A stretch of DNA of 64,000 bases from an uncultured delta proteobacterium. GTDB lineage: Bacteria > Myxococcota_A > Polyangia > Polyangiales > Houyiibacteriaceae. The position numbers and the translations under genes were made by a program. The DNA lies in assembly GCA_963699755.1 (NCBI GenBank), contig CAVOVB010000001.1, positions 128,001-192,000 on the forward strand. The letters run 5' to 3'. Shown in pieces: positions 1 to 7,251 of this stretch (position 1 is the stretch's first letter; each line of letters opens with the position of its first letter). The notes beneath the pieces were generated by a model. It saw nothing but the letters and a program-made list of their open reading frames with translations. It had not been told where the DNA came from and did not search any database.

Positions 1-2
1 GC

Positions 3-713
3 AAACAGGGGATCGGCAAGAGCACCGCGCTCCGAATCCTGGGCGGGGACGAGTATTTCGGCGACGACATCCCGAGCCTGGGCTCGAAGGATGCGCAGCA
101 ATACCTGGGAACCCTCTGGATCGTGGAGCTCGCCGAGATGGATGCTGCCACGAAATCCGAGGCGTCCACGCTCAAGCGGTTTCTCACGACCACGACAGAC
201 CGCTATCGGCCGCCCTACGGTCGCCGGACCATCGTACACGCGCGGCGGTGTGTGTTTGCCGGCAGCGTCAACCTCGAGGCGTACCTCAAGGATTCAACAG
301 GCGGCCGGAGGTTCTGGCCGCTGCAATGCTCCACGGTCGACCTCGAGGCCTTGGCCCTATCCCGAGACAGCCTGTGGGCCGAAGCGGTCGCCGCGTATCG
401 CGCGGGCGAGAAGTGGCACCTCGACGATCCCGAGCTCGTCAGTCTCGCCGCGAGCGAGCAGACCGAACGCCTCGAGCGCGACCCCTGGCATGACAAGATC
501 GCCGAGCACATCGCCAAGCCCATCGTGACGTTCATCACGACCCCGGACCTGCTGGAGCACGCCCTTGGGATGGACGCCGCGAAGATGAACAAGGCGGACA
601 GCAACCGAGTCGGCGCCGTTATGCGGTCCGAGGGCTGGCAATATGGCGAAGGCGATCAGCGCCGCCGAGGCTGGCACCGCCCACCCCACGCAACCCACGC
701 AAGTCCCAAATGA
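3..713 (+). CDS. VapE/VirE-family P-loop helicase (primase-helicase C-terminal part), 5'-truncated by window edge
   Basis: Frame is open from base 3: KQGIGKST Walker A, WIVELAEM Walker B, DRYRPPYGR, RCVFAGSVN, YLKDSTGGRRFWP. Confidence 0.9.
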   Translation, partial: KQGIGKSTALRILGGDEYFGDDIPSLGSKDAQQYLGTLWIVELAEMDAATKSEASTLKRFLTTTTDRYRPPYGRRTIVHARRCVFAGSVNLEAYLKDSTGGRRFWPLQCSTVDLEALALSRDSLWAEAVAAYRAGEKWHLDDPELVSLAASEQTERLERDPWHDKIAEHIAKPIVTFITTPDLLEHALGMDAAKMNKADSNRVGAVMRSEGWQYGEGDQRRRGWHRPPHATHASPK

Positions 714-840
714 GATGCGTGGGTGGAATTCCGAGGGTTTTCAAGATGATCACACATCCACGCAACTATGCATGACGTACCTAATGTGCGTGCGCGCGCG
801 AAGGTGCAAAGAACCGGGAAAAGATGCGTGGATGCGTGGG
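685..840. repeat. Iteron-like CCACGCA/TGCGTGG cluster, putative replication origin
   Basis: Six copies at 686, 695, 758 (forward) and 716, 825, 833 (reverse), at and just after the helicase 3' end. Confidence 0.65.
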
Positions 841-856
841 TGAAAGGAATGGACCG

Positions 857-1174
857 ATGACCGGCACCAACGAACCAACGAACCCCCAAACCCAAACTGA
901 CGCTGCAAGCGAAGCGATCCGAACGCTCTGCGAGATCGTGTCCGAGCTCGACCAGGCGATAGGCTCGCTCTCCGAGCGACACGGGGCGCCCTTCACTGCC
1001 GGCGCGATGCTGTTTCTAGCGCAGGGCATGATGGCGATGGCCGAAGAGCACGGGACCGCGCCGGACGCGAAGTTGTGCTGCAGCCTGCTTTGCCGGCACC
1101 ACGGGCTGCGCGACCCATTCCCGGAGACGTTGGCGCGGGCGAAGGCGTTGCTGGGGGGTGCGGGGCAGGGGTGA
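857..1174 (+). CDS. Hypothetical protein of the element (105 aa)
   Basis: AAAGGA SD at 843-848, ATG at 857; helical-looking sequence, no recognised motif. Confidence 0.6.
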   Translation: MTGTNEPTNPQTQTDAASEAIRTLCEIVSELDQAIGSLSERHGAPFTAGAMLFLAQGMMAMAEEHGTAPDAKLCCSLLCRHHGLRDPFPETLARAKALLGGAGQG

Positions 1175-1351
1175 GGGGGTGGGCGCACCCGTTGCGTCGA
1201 CACTCCCATGAAACGCAGAGCTTGCGTCTTCGATGCAATCGAATTTCGGGAAGCAAACGCGAATCTGGCGGGAACGAAACTTGCACCCCGAATGCGTGAC
1301 CCGTTCCTGGTGACACCCCCCCTTCGCCGCGAACGGCGAAAGGAGCAGGCC

Positions 1352-3148
1352 ATGGAAGCGCACCGTTGCCCGTCGAGTTTGAAGCAGCGAGTTTGGTTCT
1401 CCCCCTATCTCCTGGCCGTCGCGCTGATGCCGGCTTTTATCCAGATCGACTACAGCGGCTGCTTCTACTACGGCGACTCGAGACTCTCGGAGCTCGAACT
1501 GATAGTCGAGGGCGAGAACCGAATCACTGGGTTTGATTCCGACCAACGAAGCTACGACGTAGTGTTGCCATTGGGTACGGCGGAAGCACGAGTCCGCTCC
1601 GTCGCCAACGATCCCGAGGGCCGCGTCTGGGTCTTCGTGCTCATTGACGGCGAGCGCTTTACGTATCTCGACGACGGCCACGGCGGCTCGGACATCGTCG
1701 TGCCCCTCTCGCCAGGGTCAAGTGTATTGCAGGTAGCAGTGGCACCGCATGGTCGAGCTACCGATTTCTATGAAGTGGCGATAGAGATTGGGATCGACCT
1801 GTGCGCGGGTGCGGACTGCGACGACGGCAACGACTGCACCGCTGATATTTGCGATCCGGCGGACGGGTCATGCACGAATGATTTGCTTCCCGAGGGTACG
1901 CTCTGCGGGGTTGACGGGGTGTGTGAAGCTGGGGCATGCCGGGAGAGGAGCTGGGGAACGCCCGTGTTTATCCAGAGCAACGCTGCCCCGGAATGGGCCC
2001 CCCAGCCAGTCGTCGACACTAGCGGGAATGCCACTGTCGTGTGGGTCGGAGTCGATGGGGTCGACTACGGGATCTGGGCCAACCGCTACACGCCCGGGGC
2101 TGGATGGGGGACGCCGGAACTCATCGCGACTGGCATTGACCAAGTACGTGTACCCAGATTAGCCGTCGAACCCAACGGGAATGTCATCGTGGTGGGGCAC
2201 CAGTACGATGGGTCCGAGTTCCGCATCTGGGCCAACCGCTACACGCCCGGGGCTGGATGGGGGATGCCGGAGTTTGTCGCGAGCAGCACCGGAGGGAACA
2301 TATACAACCCCCGGGTAGCCGTCGACCCCAGCGGCAATGCCATTGTGATGTGGCTCCAGCACGATGGGGTCGACTACGGGATCTGGGCCAACCGCTACAC
2401 GCCCGGGGCTGGATGGGGGACGCCGGAACTCATCGCGGTCGACGTTGATAATTGGTTCCAGCTAGCCGTCGACCCCAATGGGAATGCCATTGTGATGTGG
2501 GACCAGTACGATGGGGTCGACTGGGGGACCTGGGCCAACCGCTACACGCCCGGGGCTGGATGGGGGACGCCGGTGCCTATCCAGAGCAACGGCTATGCTG
2601 GCGGCGCCATGCTAGCCGTCGACCCCAATGGGAATGCCATTGCGATGTGGCACCAGTACGATGGGTCCAAGCACCACATCTGGGCCAACCGCTACACGCC
2701 AGCGACCGGCTGGGGGACGCCGGTGTCTATCCAGAGCAACGAAAGCGATGCTACACATCCCCAGATAGGAGTCGACCGCAACGGGAATGCCATTGTGGTG
2801 TGGCTCCAGCACGATGAGCCCGAGCACCACATCTGGGCCAACCGCTACACGCCAGCGACCGGTTGGGGGACGCCGGTGCCTATCCAGAGCAATGATACAG
2901 GCGCCGTTTTAGCCGTCGACCCCAATGGGAATGCCATTGCGATGTGGCACCAGTACGATGGGTCCAAGCACCACATCTGGGCCAACCGCTACACGCCAGC
3001 GACCGGCTGGGGGACGAGCGAGGAGATCGACACCGATCCTCTCGGATCGTCCGAGTGGAAGTTGGCGATTGGCCCGAACGGAAACGCCGTCGCTGTGTGG
3101 GCGAAACATATTCCCTTCATCGGCATTCAGGCCAACCACTTCGAGTAA
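1352..3148 (+). CDS. Exported modular protein: cadherin-like beta-sandwich, Cys-rich linker and ~8-bladed beta-propeller (cargo)
   Basis: AGGAG SD at 1341; hydrophobic N-terminus; SRLSELEL..FDSDQRSYDV; CDDGNDCTADICDP; seven WANRYTP repeats. Confidence 0.8.
   Translation: MEAHRCPSSLKQRVWFSPYLLAVALMPAFIQIDYSGCFYYGDSRLSELELIVEGENRITGFDSDQRSYDVVLPLGTAEARVRSVANDPEGRVWVFVLIDGERFTYLDDGHGGSDIVVPLSPGSSVLQVAVAPHGRATDFYEVAIEIGIDLCAGADCDDGNDCTADICDPADGSCTNDLLPEGTLCGVDGVCEAGACRERSWGTPVFIQSNAAPEWAPQPVVDTSGNATVVWVGVDGVDYGIWANRYTPGAGWGTPELIATGIDQVRVPRLAVEPNGNVIVVGHQYDGSEFRIWANRYTPGAGWGMPEFVASSTGGNIYNPRVAVDPSGNAIVMWLQHDGVDYGIWANRYTPGAGWGTPELIAVDVDNWFQLAVDPNGNAIVMWDQYDGVDWGTWANRYTPGAGWGTPVPIQSNGYAGGAMLAVDPNGNAIAMWHQYDGSKHHIWANRYTPATGWGTPVSIQSNESDATHPQIGVDRNGNAIVVWLQHDEPEHHIWANRYTPATGWGTPVPIQSNDTGAVLAVDPNGNAIAMWHQYDGSKHHIWANRYTPATGWGTSEEIDTDPLGSSEWKLAIGPNGNAVAVWAKHIPFIGIQANHFE
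1952..3145 (+). repeat. ~150-bp intragenic tandem repeats encoding propeller blades
   Basis: TGGGCCAACCGCTACACGCC occurs 7 times at ~150-bp spacing. Confidence 0.9.
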
Positions 3149-3194
3149 GTATGCCCCAGAGACCCCTAGATCCTGCAGCTCGACGGGCTCTAGC

Positions 3195-3236
3195 GACTCG
3201 ATGTGGGACGTGGGCGCGTTTGAGGTGCAGCCGTAG
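3195..3236 (+). pseudogene. Orphan C-terminal remnant (DSMWDVGAFEVQP*), choice-of-anchor Q-like
   Basis: Translates to the typical ...CDVGAFEVQP ending; lies ~45 bp after the cargo stop, in a different frame. Confidence 0.5.
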
Positions 3237-3270
3237 GCGTGACCGTGGGTAGCGCAACGCCCTGCCTATC

Positions 3271-3385
3271 GGGTCCTTCCTAGCGTCGGCAGCCGAGAGG
3301 CTGGAAGGCTCGCAAGGAATGATCGCTGAGAGGGAAATAGGAACGCGCCAAAACCAAGCGACCGCGCCGACCTCGCACATTTTGA
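3271..3385 (+). other. Putative lambda-like cos packaging region
   Basis: GGGTCCT (identical to lambda cosQ) at 3271; GGCTGGAAGGCT-CGC at 3299; CCGCGCCGACCTCGC at 3362 matches lambda cosN-region GGGCGGCGACCTCGC at 12/15. Confidence 0.45.
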
Positions 3386-3461
3386 GCCCTTTCAGCACCC
3401 TGGGGCGCTAAACATGAGCTTTCCTCACTTTCTGCTATGCTTGGGATGGAATGGAAAGACT

Positions 3462-5318
3462 ATGGCCAACAGATCGGAAGACGGCCCACCCGGGCAACTA
3501 GCCCGACGCCGAGCGGACGACGTGCCCTCGTTGATCGAAGGCATTTGGCGCCCGCAGTCGGCGAACGAAGCCAGCCGATCCGTGGAGGTCGTGTTTTCGA
3601 GCGGCGCGGACGTGCTTCGACAAAGCATGTTCGGCGACTACATCGAACGGCTACGCATTGACGCCGACTCCGTTGATCTGAGTCGACTTCGAACCGGGGC
3701 GCCGGTCTTAGACAGCCATCAAAGGGACGGCGTGCGCAACGTCTTAGGCACCGTGAGCGACGCTTGGATCGAAGGCGATCGCGGCGTGGCAAGAGTCCGT
3801 TTCAGCGAACGAGCTGCGGACGTTTGGAACGACGTGCGCGAAGGAATTCTGCGCCAGGTGTCGATCGGTTACTCACGCGATGCCGAGGTCGAGCTTGACG
3901 AAACGATCAACGGGGTTCCCGTGCGCGAAGTGACAAGGCTCACGCCCTACGAAATCAGTTTTGTCAGCATCGGCGCCGACCCTCATGCACAGGTGCGATC
4001 CCATGAAGTTACAACCGCGGTTCGGCCGCAGGAAGATGAACAAATGAGAGTGACAGACATCGAAGGCGAGCGCGCACGGTGCGCGTATATCGTCGAAAAC
4101 TGTGAGCGGCTTGGCTTGCCGGCTGAGTTCCGACGCGAGCTGATCGACAAAGGCATCAGCCGAGCCGAAGCCGCCGAGCGAATCCTCGAGTACAAGGCAA
4201 ACGAGCCGGGGCAGGTCGAAGAGATCGATCACAGGATCGAATTTTCCGACAGCCGAGCCCGCGACTTCGTCTCGGACGCCGCGGAAGGCTTGGCGGTTCG
4301 CGAGCGTGTTCTCAAGAGTACCGACAACGCCAATGCACGCGAGTTTGCCGGGCTGAGTTTCCTCGAAGTGGCGCAGCGTGCGGCAGGCATAAACGGCACC
4401 GATCTACGGGGCACGCGGGATCACATGAAGCTGCTACAGCGTGCGTGGAATACGAGTTCAACGTTGAGCGATACCGTCGCCGCGTTCAGCACCCGAAGCA
4501 TGATGGAAGCCTATGAAACGCCGCCGAGGACGTTCCTCGATGCGTTCCGTGAGTCCACGAGCCGCAACTTCCGAGCGAACGAACGAATCCGGCTTTCGGA
4601 CGCGCCCGCCTTGGCCGTTGTCGCTGAGGGCGATGCGTTCGGCGAAGTGAGCCTCAGCGATCGCAAAGAGACGTACACGGTTTCCAAGCGAGGCCATATC
4701 ATCGCGTTCACGTTTGAGAGCATGGTGAACGATGATTTGCAGGCGCTCGTTCGACAAAGCGAGCGCGCTGGTTTCAGCGCCGCGACGGCAGAGTCCGATG
4801 CTTTTTGGTCGGTCGTGACGGCGAACGGGAACCTTTCGGATTCCGCGCCCATCTTCGGCGCAGGAACCGGCAACTTGACGACCGGCGTTGCACTGACAGC
4901 CGACGCCCTCGAAGACATTCGCGAGAGCTTCCGAAACGCGGTCAGCGAAACCGGCGTGAAGTTGAATTTGACGCCGCGGTTCCTCTTCGTGGCACCGGAC
5001 CTGGAGCGGGCGGCGGAAAAGCTTCTGCGCCCGCCAACGAATCACAGCACGGCAACGATCGGCGACGTTCTTTCAAACCAGTACGCTTCGCAACTCGAGC
5101 TCCGCGTCGAAAGCAGGCTGCCCGCCGGTGACTACATGGTCGCCGCCGATTTCCGACAAATCGACACCGGCGAATATGCGTGGCTCCAAGGGACACGCGG
5201 ACCGCGGATCGAAAGTGACGAGGACTTCACCACCGCGGGAATCAAGTACCGCGTGATGGACGTGTTCGGCGCTGGCGTCATCGATCGCCGAGGACTGCTG
5301 TACAACGATGCGACCTAA
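3462..5318 (+). CDS. HK97-type prohead protease / major capsid protein fusion
   Basis: Protease motifs APVLDSH, RQVSIGY, PYEISFVSIGADP; capsid-like C-half (FTFESMVNDDL, LNLTPRFLFV, DTGEYAWLQG, DVFGAGVIDRRGL). ORF track starts at 3414; ATG 3462 follows GGAAAGA. Confidence 0.9.
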   Translation: MANRSEDGPPGQLARRRADDVPSLIEGIWRPQSANEASRSVEVVFSSGADVLRQSMFGDYIERLRIDADSVDLSRLRTGAPVLDSHQRDGVRNVLGTVSDAWIEGDRGVARVRFSERAADVWNDVREGILRQVSIGYSRDAEVELDETINGVPVREVTRLTPYEISFVSIGADPHAQVRSHEVTTAVRPQEDEQMRVTDIEGERARCAYIVENCERLGLPAEFRRELIDKGISRAEAAERILEYKANEPGQVEEIDHRIEFSDSRARDFVSDAAEGLAVRERVLKSTDNANAREFAGLSFLEVAQRAAGINGTDLRGTRDHMKLLQRAWNTSSTLSDTVAAFSTRSMMEAYETPPRTFLDAFRESTSRNFRANERIRLSDAPALAVVAEGDAFGEVSLSDRKETYTVSKRGHIIAFTFESMVNDDLQALVRQSERAGFSAATAESDAFWSVVTANGNLSDSAPIFGAGTGNLTTGVALTADALEDIRESFRNAVSETGVKLNLTPRFLFVAPDLERAAEKLLRPPTNHSTATIGDVLSNQYASQLELRVESRLPAGDYMVAADFRQIDTGEYAWLQGTRGPRIESDEDFTTAGIKYRVMDVFGAGVIDRRGLLYNDAT

Positions 5319-5382
5319 CAAACTTCGCGGTGTGTTTAGTCTGCACGCCGAGTTGGTCCCCGTTCCTTCCTGTGCTTGAGCC

Positions 5383-5422
5383 TGCGAGTCAGTAGTTTTT
5401 TCGTCATCACTCCTGACTCGCA
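5383..5422. terminator. 14-bp stem-loop downstream of the capsid gene (terminator or cruciform)
   Basis: TGCGAGTCAGtAGT..ACTcCTGACTCGCA, one mismatch, 12-nt loop. Confidence 0.45.
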
Positions 5423-5707
5423 ACCCCGTGCCCTCGTAGCAAACCTCGATTTTTCCATTTCTGGGGGGCGCTGCGGGGGCACACCTAATTTCGATGACGC
5501 GCCCTCGCGCAGAGGGTTCGCCATGAGCCTCCGCCGGTCTGGAGTTCGGTGGGGGCTCGCCTAATTCTGGTGAAGCCGCAACCCCGCCGCAGTCGTCCAG
5601 CCCCAGCGCAAACACCGACCGCCGAGGATGGCGCGAGAGGCCGCCAAATCGTTTCCAGGTGCTAGGCATCGTCCGGAATTGCGCGCGCGGAGACTGGCCG
5701 CTATCTC

Positions 5708-5784
5708 TGTTAACAATGTTGACAGGCAAGACAGGCCAGGCTAGCGTCCTTCCCATGAGACAGGCAATAGGGCAGGCTTCAGGC
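5708..5784 (+). promoter_or_regulatory. sigma70 promoter overlapped by CAGGC repeats
   Basis: TTGACA (5719)-17 bp-TAGCGT (5742); six CAGGC copies; TGTTAACA palindrome at 5708. Confidence 0.65.
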
Positions 5785-5976
5785 ATGGCATCCCGGTTGA
5801 TTTCGTTCCGCGTAGATGACGAGCTCGCAGACCGGCTCGACGCAGAGCTCGAGGAGATGAGGCAACGCGCGGACCTCGATGGGTACGAGTTGAGCGAGCC
5901 CGAATACTTTCGGATGCTGTTTCGGCAGGCACTATCCGACCGCGAAGCCAAGCGAAAGAAAAGCCGCAAGCGGTAG
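5755..5976 (+). CDS. Ribbon-helix-helix (CopG/Arc-like) DNA-binding protein; alternative start 5785
   Basis: RLISFRVDDELADRLD beta-alpha pattern, second helix SEPEYFRMLFRQAL, basic tail. Confidence 0.7.
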   Translation: MRQAIGQASGMASRLISFRVDDELADRLDAELEEMRQRADLDGYELSEPEYFRMLFRQALSDREAKRKKSRKR

Positions 5977-6029
5977 AAAGGAAAACGCCTCGCAGGGTCT
6001 AGGAAACCCTCGAGGCGTATGGCTCGAGC

Positions 6030-6683
6030 ATGACGAGCGAGAAAAAGGATACAGCACCGGGCGAAGAGGGCAAGGCGGAAAAGCCGGCGCCATCGCGTGT
6101 TAGTCCGATGGTCCTTCGCATGATCGACTGGACCGATGGACAGAGCCTCGCCGGCGCTGCCGATCCTGCAATCGAGCTCGCCCGCGGGTTTCATCGACTT
6201 CTAGATCGCGCCGACCTAGCGCCTAAGGACCGGAGCGCGGCGCTGGTCCTTTTCGATGCCTTGCTGGACGCCCTACTTGCTGGCGATCCACGGGCTGCCG
6301 TGGCGGCGGCTGCGCATCTGATCGATCGAGGCCACCATGCGCGCCGAGTGGGAGCGGCTGGGCCAGGTCGCTGGATCGAGGCTTTGAAATCGCGCCTTCC
6401 GACAATCCAAGCCGGCGACAGCGCGGGCGCCAAGAGAATCGCGATCACGCTGCTGCATGTCGACCTTTGTCTATCGGACGATCGAGCGGCGGCGCTGGAC
6501 ATCGGGGAGACAATCGAGCTGATCGGTCGGGAGCTGCCGCCGGGCGCCGTTCTTTCGCGAAAGGTGCTGCTCAACATCGCTTCCGAGCTCGCCGCACGGT
6601 CCGGGGCTTTCGATTGCAAGGACCCGAAGGCAGCGAAGGACAAACTCCGCAAGCACTTTTCGAAGGGCTCACCGGATGCCTAA
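6030..6683 (+). CDS. Hypothetical protein (217 aa), possible regulator
   Basis: Long ORF in the element's + strand gene train; basic C-terminal helix. Confidence 0.65.
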   Translation: MTSEKKDTAPGEEGKAEKPAPSRVSPMVLRMIDWTDGQSLAGAADPAIELARGFHRLLDRADLAPKDRSAALVLFDALLDALLAGDPRAAVAAAAHLIDRGHHARRVGAAGPGRWIEALKSRLPTIQAGDSAGAKRIAITLLHVDLCLSDDRAAALDIGETIELIGRELPPGAVLSRKVLLNIASELAARSGAFDCKDPKAAKDKLRKHFSKGSPDA

Positions 6684-6687
6684 TTTC

Positions 6688-6701
6688 GGAAACGCGTTTC
6701 C
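6688..6701. promoter_or_regulatory. Perfect 14-bp palindrome, candidate operator
   Basis: GGAAACGCGTTTCC upstream of the HTH-xis-int operon. Confidence 0.5.
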
Positions 6702-6742
6702 AAGTGACCGACCCCGTCCGAGGCTGGTAGTCAACACTCACA

Positions 6743-6955
6743 ATGACCGGCACCGACGATCAAACGAGGCGACGAATCCGGCAACTCCGCGACGCTGCCG
6801 GACTGACGCAAACCCGGCTGGCTTGGCGCACCGGCATCCATCGAAGCACGCTGGCTCAAATCGAGCTTGGCTATATTCGGCTGTACCCGGGGCACCTGAA
6901 ACGCATCGCGCGGGCGCTGGACGTGACGTTGGACGAGCTCCGGGGGGCGGCGTGA
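6743..6955 (+). CDS. Xre/Cro-type helix-turn-helix regulator
   Basis: RIRQLRDAAGLTQTRLAWRTGIHRSTLAQIELG...LKRIARALDV. Confidence 0.9.
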   Translation: MTGTDDQTRRRIRQLRDAAGLTQTRLAWRTGIHRSTLAQIELGYIRLYPGHLKRIARALDVTLDELRGAA

Positions 6956-7251
6956 AGATGGCCCCGGTTCACCGGCTCCCCGATGTTGGTGACGGTGACG
7001 ATAGTCGCCGACTGGTCGACATGACCTGGGGCGAGCTTCGCGCGCTCCTGGCCGATGAGCTGCGGCGACTCAGTGACCCTGATACCCAGATCATGAAGCC
7101 AACCGAGTTCGCTAGGCTGTTGGGCGTTGCGGAAAAGCGCGTTCAAGAGTGGTGCGAAATGGGGATGCCGTTCATCCCAACCGGCGACATCAAGGGCAAG
7201 CGCATTCGAACGCAGAGTGCGCTGGCATGGCTGGAGGCCCGTGGTGGCTAA
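6952..7251 (+). CDS. Excisionase-like (MerR/Nu1-type winged HTH) protein
   Basis: GTGA overlap with the HTH stop; MKPTEFARLLGVAEKRVQEWCEMGMP; overlaps the integrase start. Confidence 0.75.
   Translation: MKMAPVHRLPDVGDGDDSRRLVDMTWGELRALLADELRRLSDPDTQIMKPTEFARLLGVAEKRVQEWCEMGMPFIPTGDIKGKRIRTQSALAWLEARGG

Noticed and set aside
1208..1351. Extended N-termini in the ORF track (also 7127, 8600, 13425, 15778, 18093, 31152, 41051, 49544, 53100)
   Set aside because: Downstream starts have SD or -10 signals, translational coupling, or match family N-termini
1952..3145. CRISPR array or DGR template/variable repeats
   Set aside because: Repeats are in-frame protein blades with similar intervening sequence; no cas or reverse transcriptase gene in the window and no adenine-specific variation noticed
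3462..5318. Encapsulin or gene transfer agent capsid
   Set aside because: Fused prohead protease and a mobile-element context; no cargo enzyme or GTA gene cluster
5336..5407. 23-aa basic ORF on the minus strand (MTKKLLTRRLKHRKERGPTRRAD)
   Set aside because: Very short, SD only 2 nt from the ATG, antisense to the element; not supportable as a CDS
5073..6194. 373-aa minus-strand ORF and many similar long antisense ORFs
   Set aside because: Shadow ORFs of GC-rich coding DNA; they overlap recognisable genes and lack motifs
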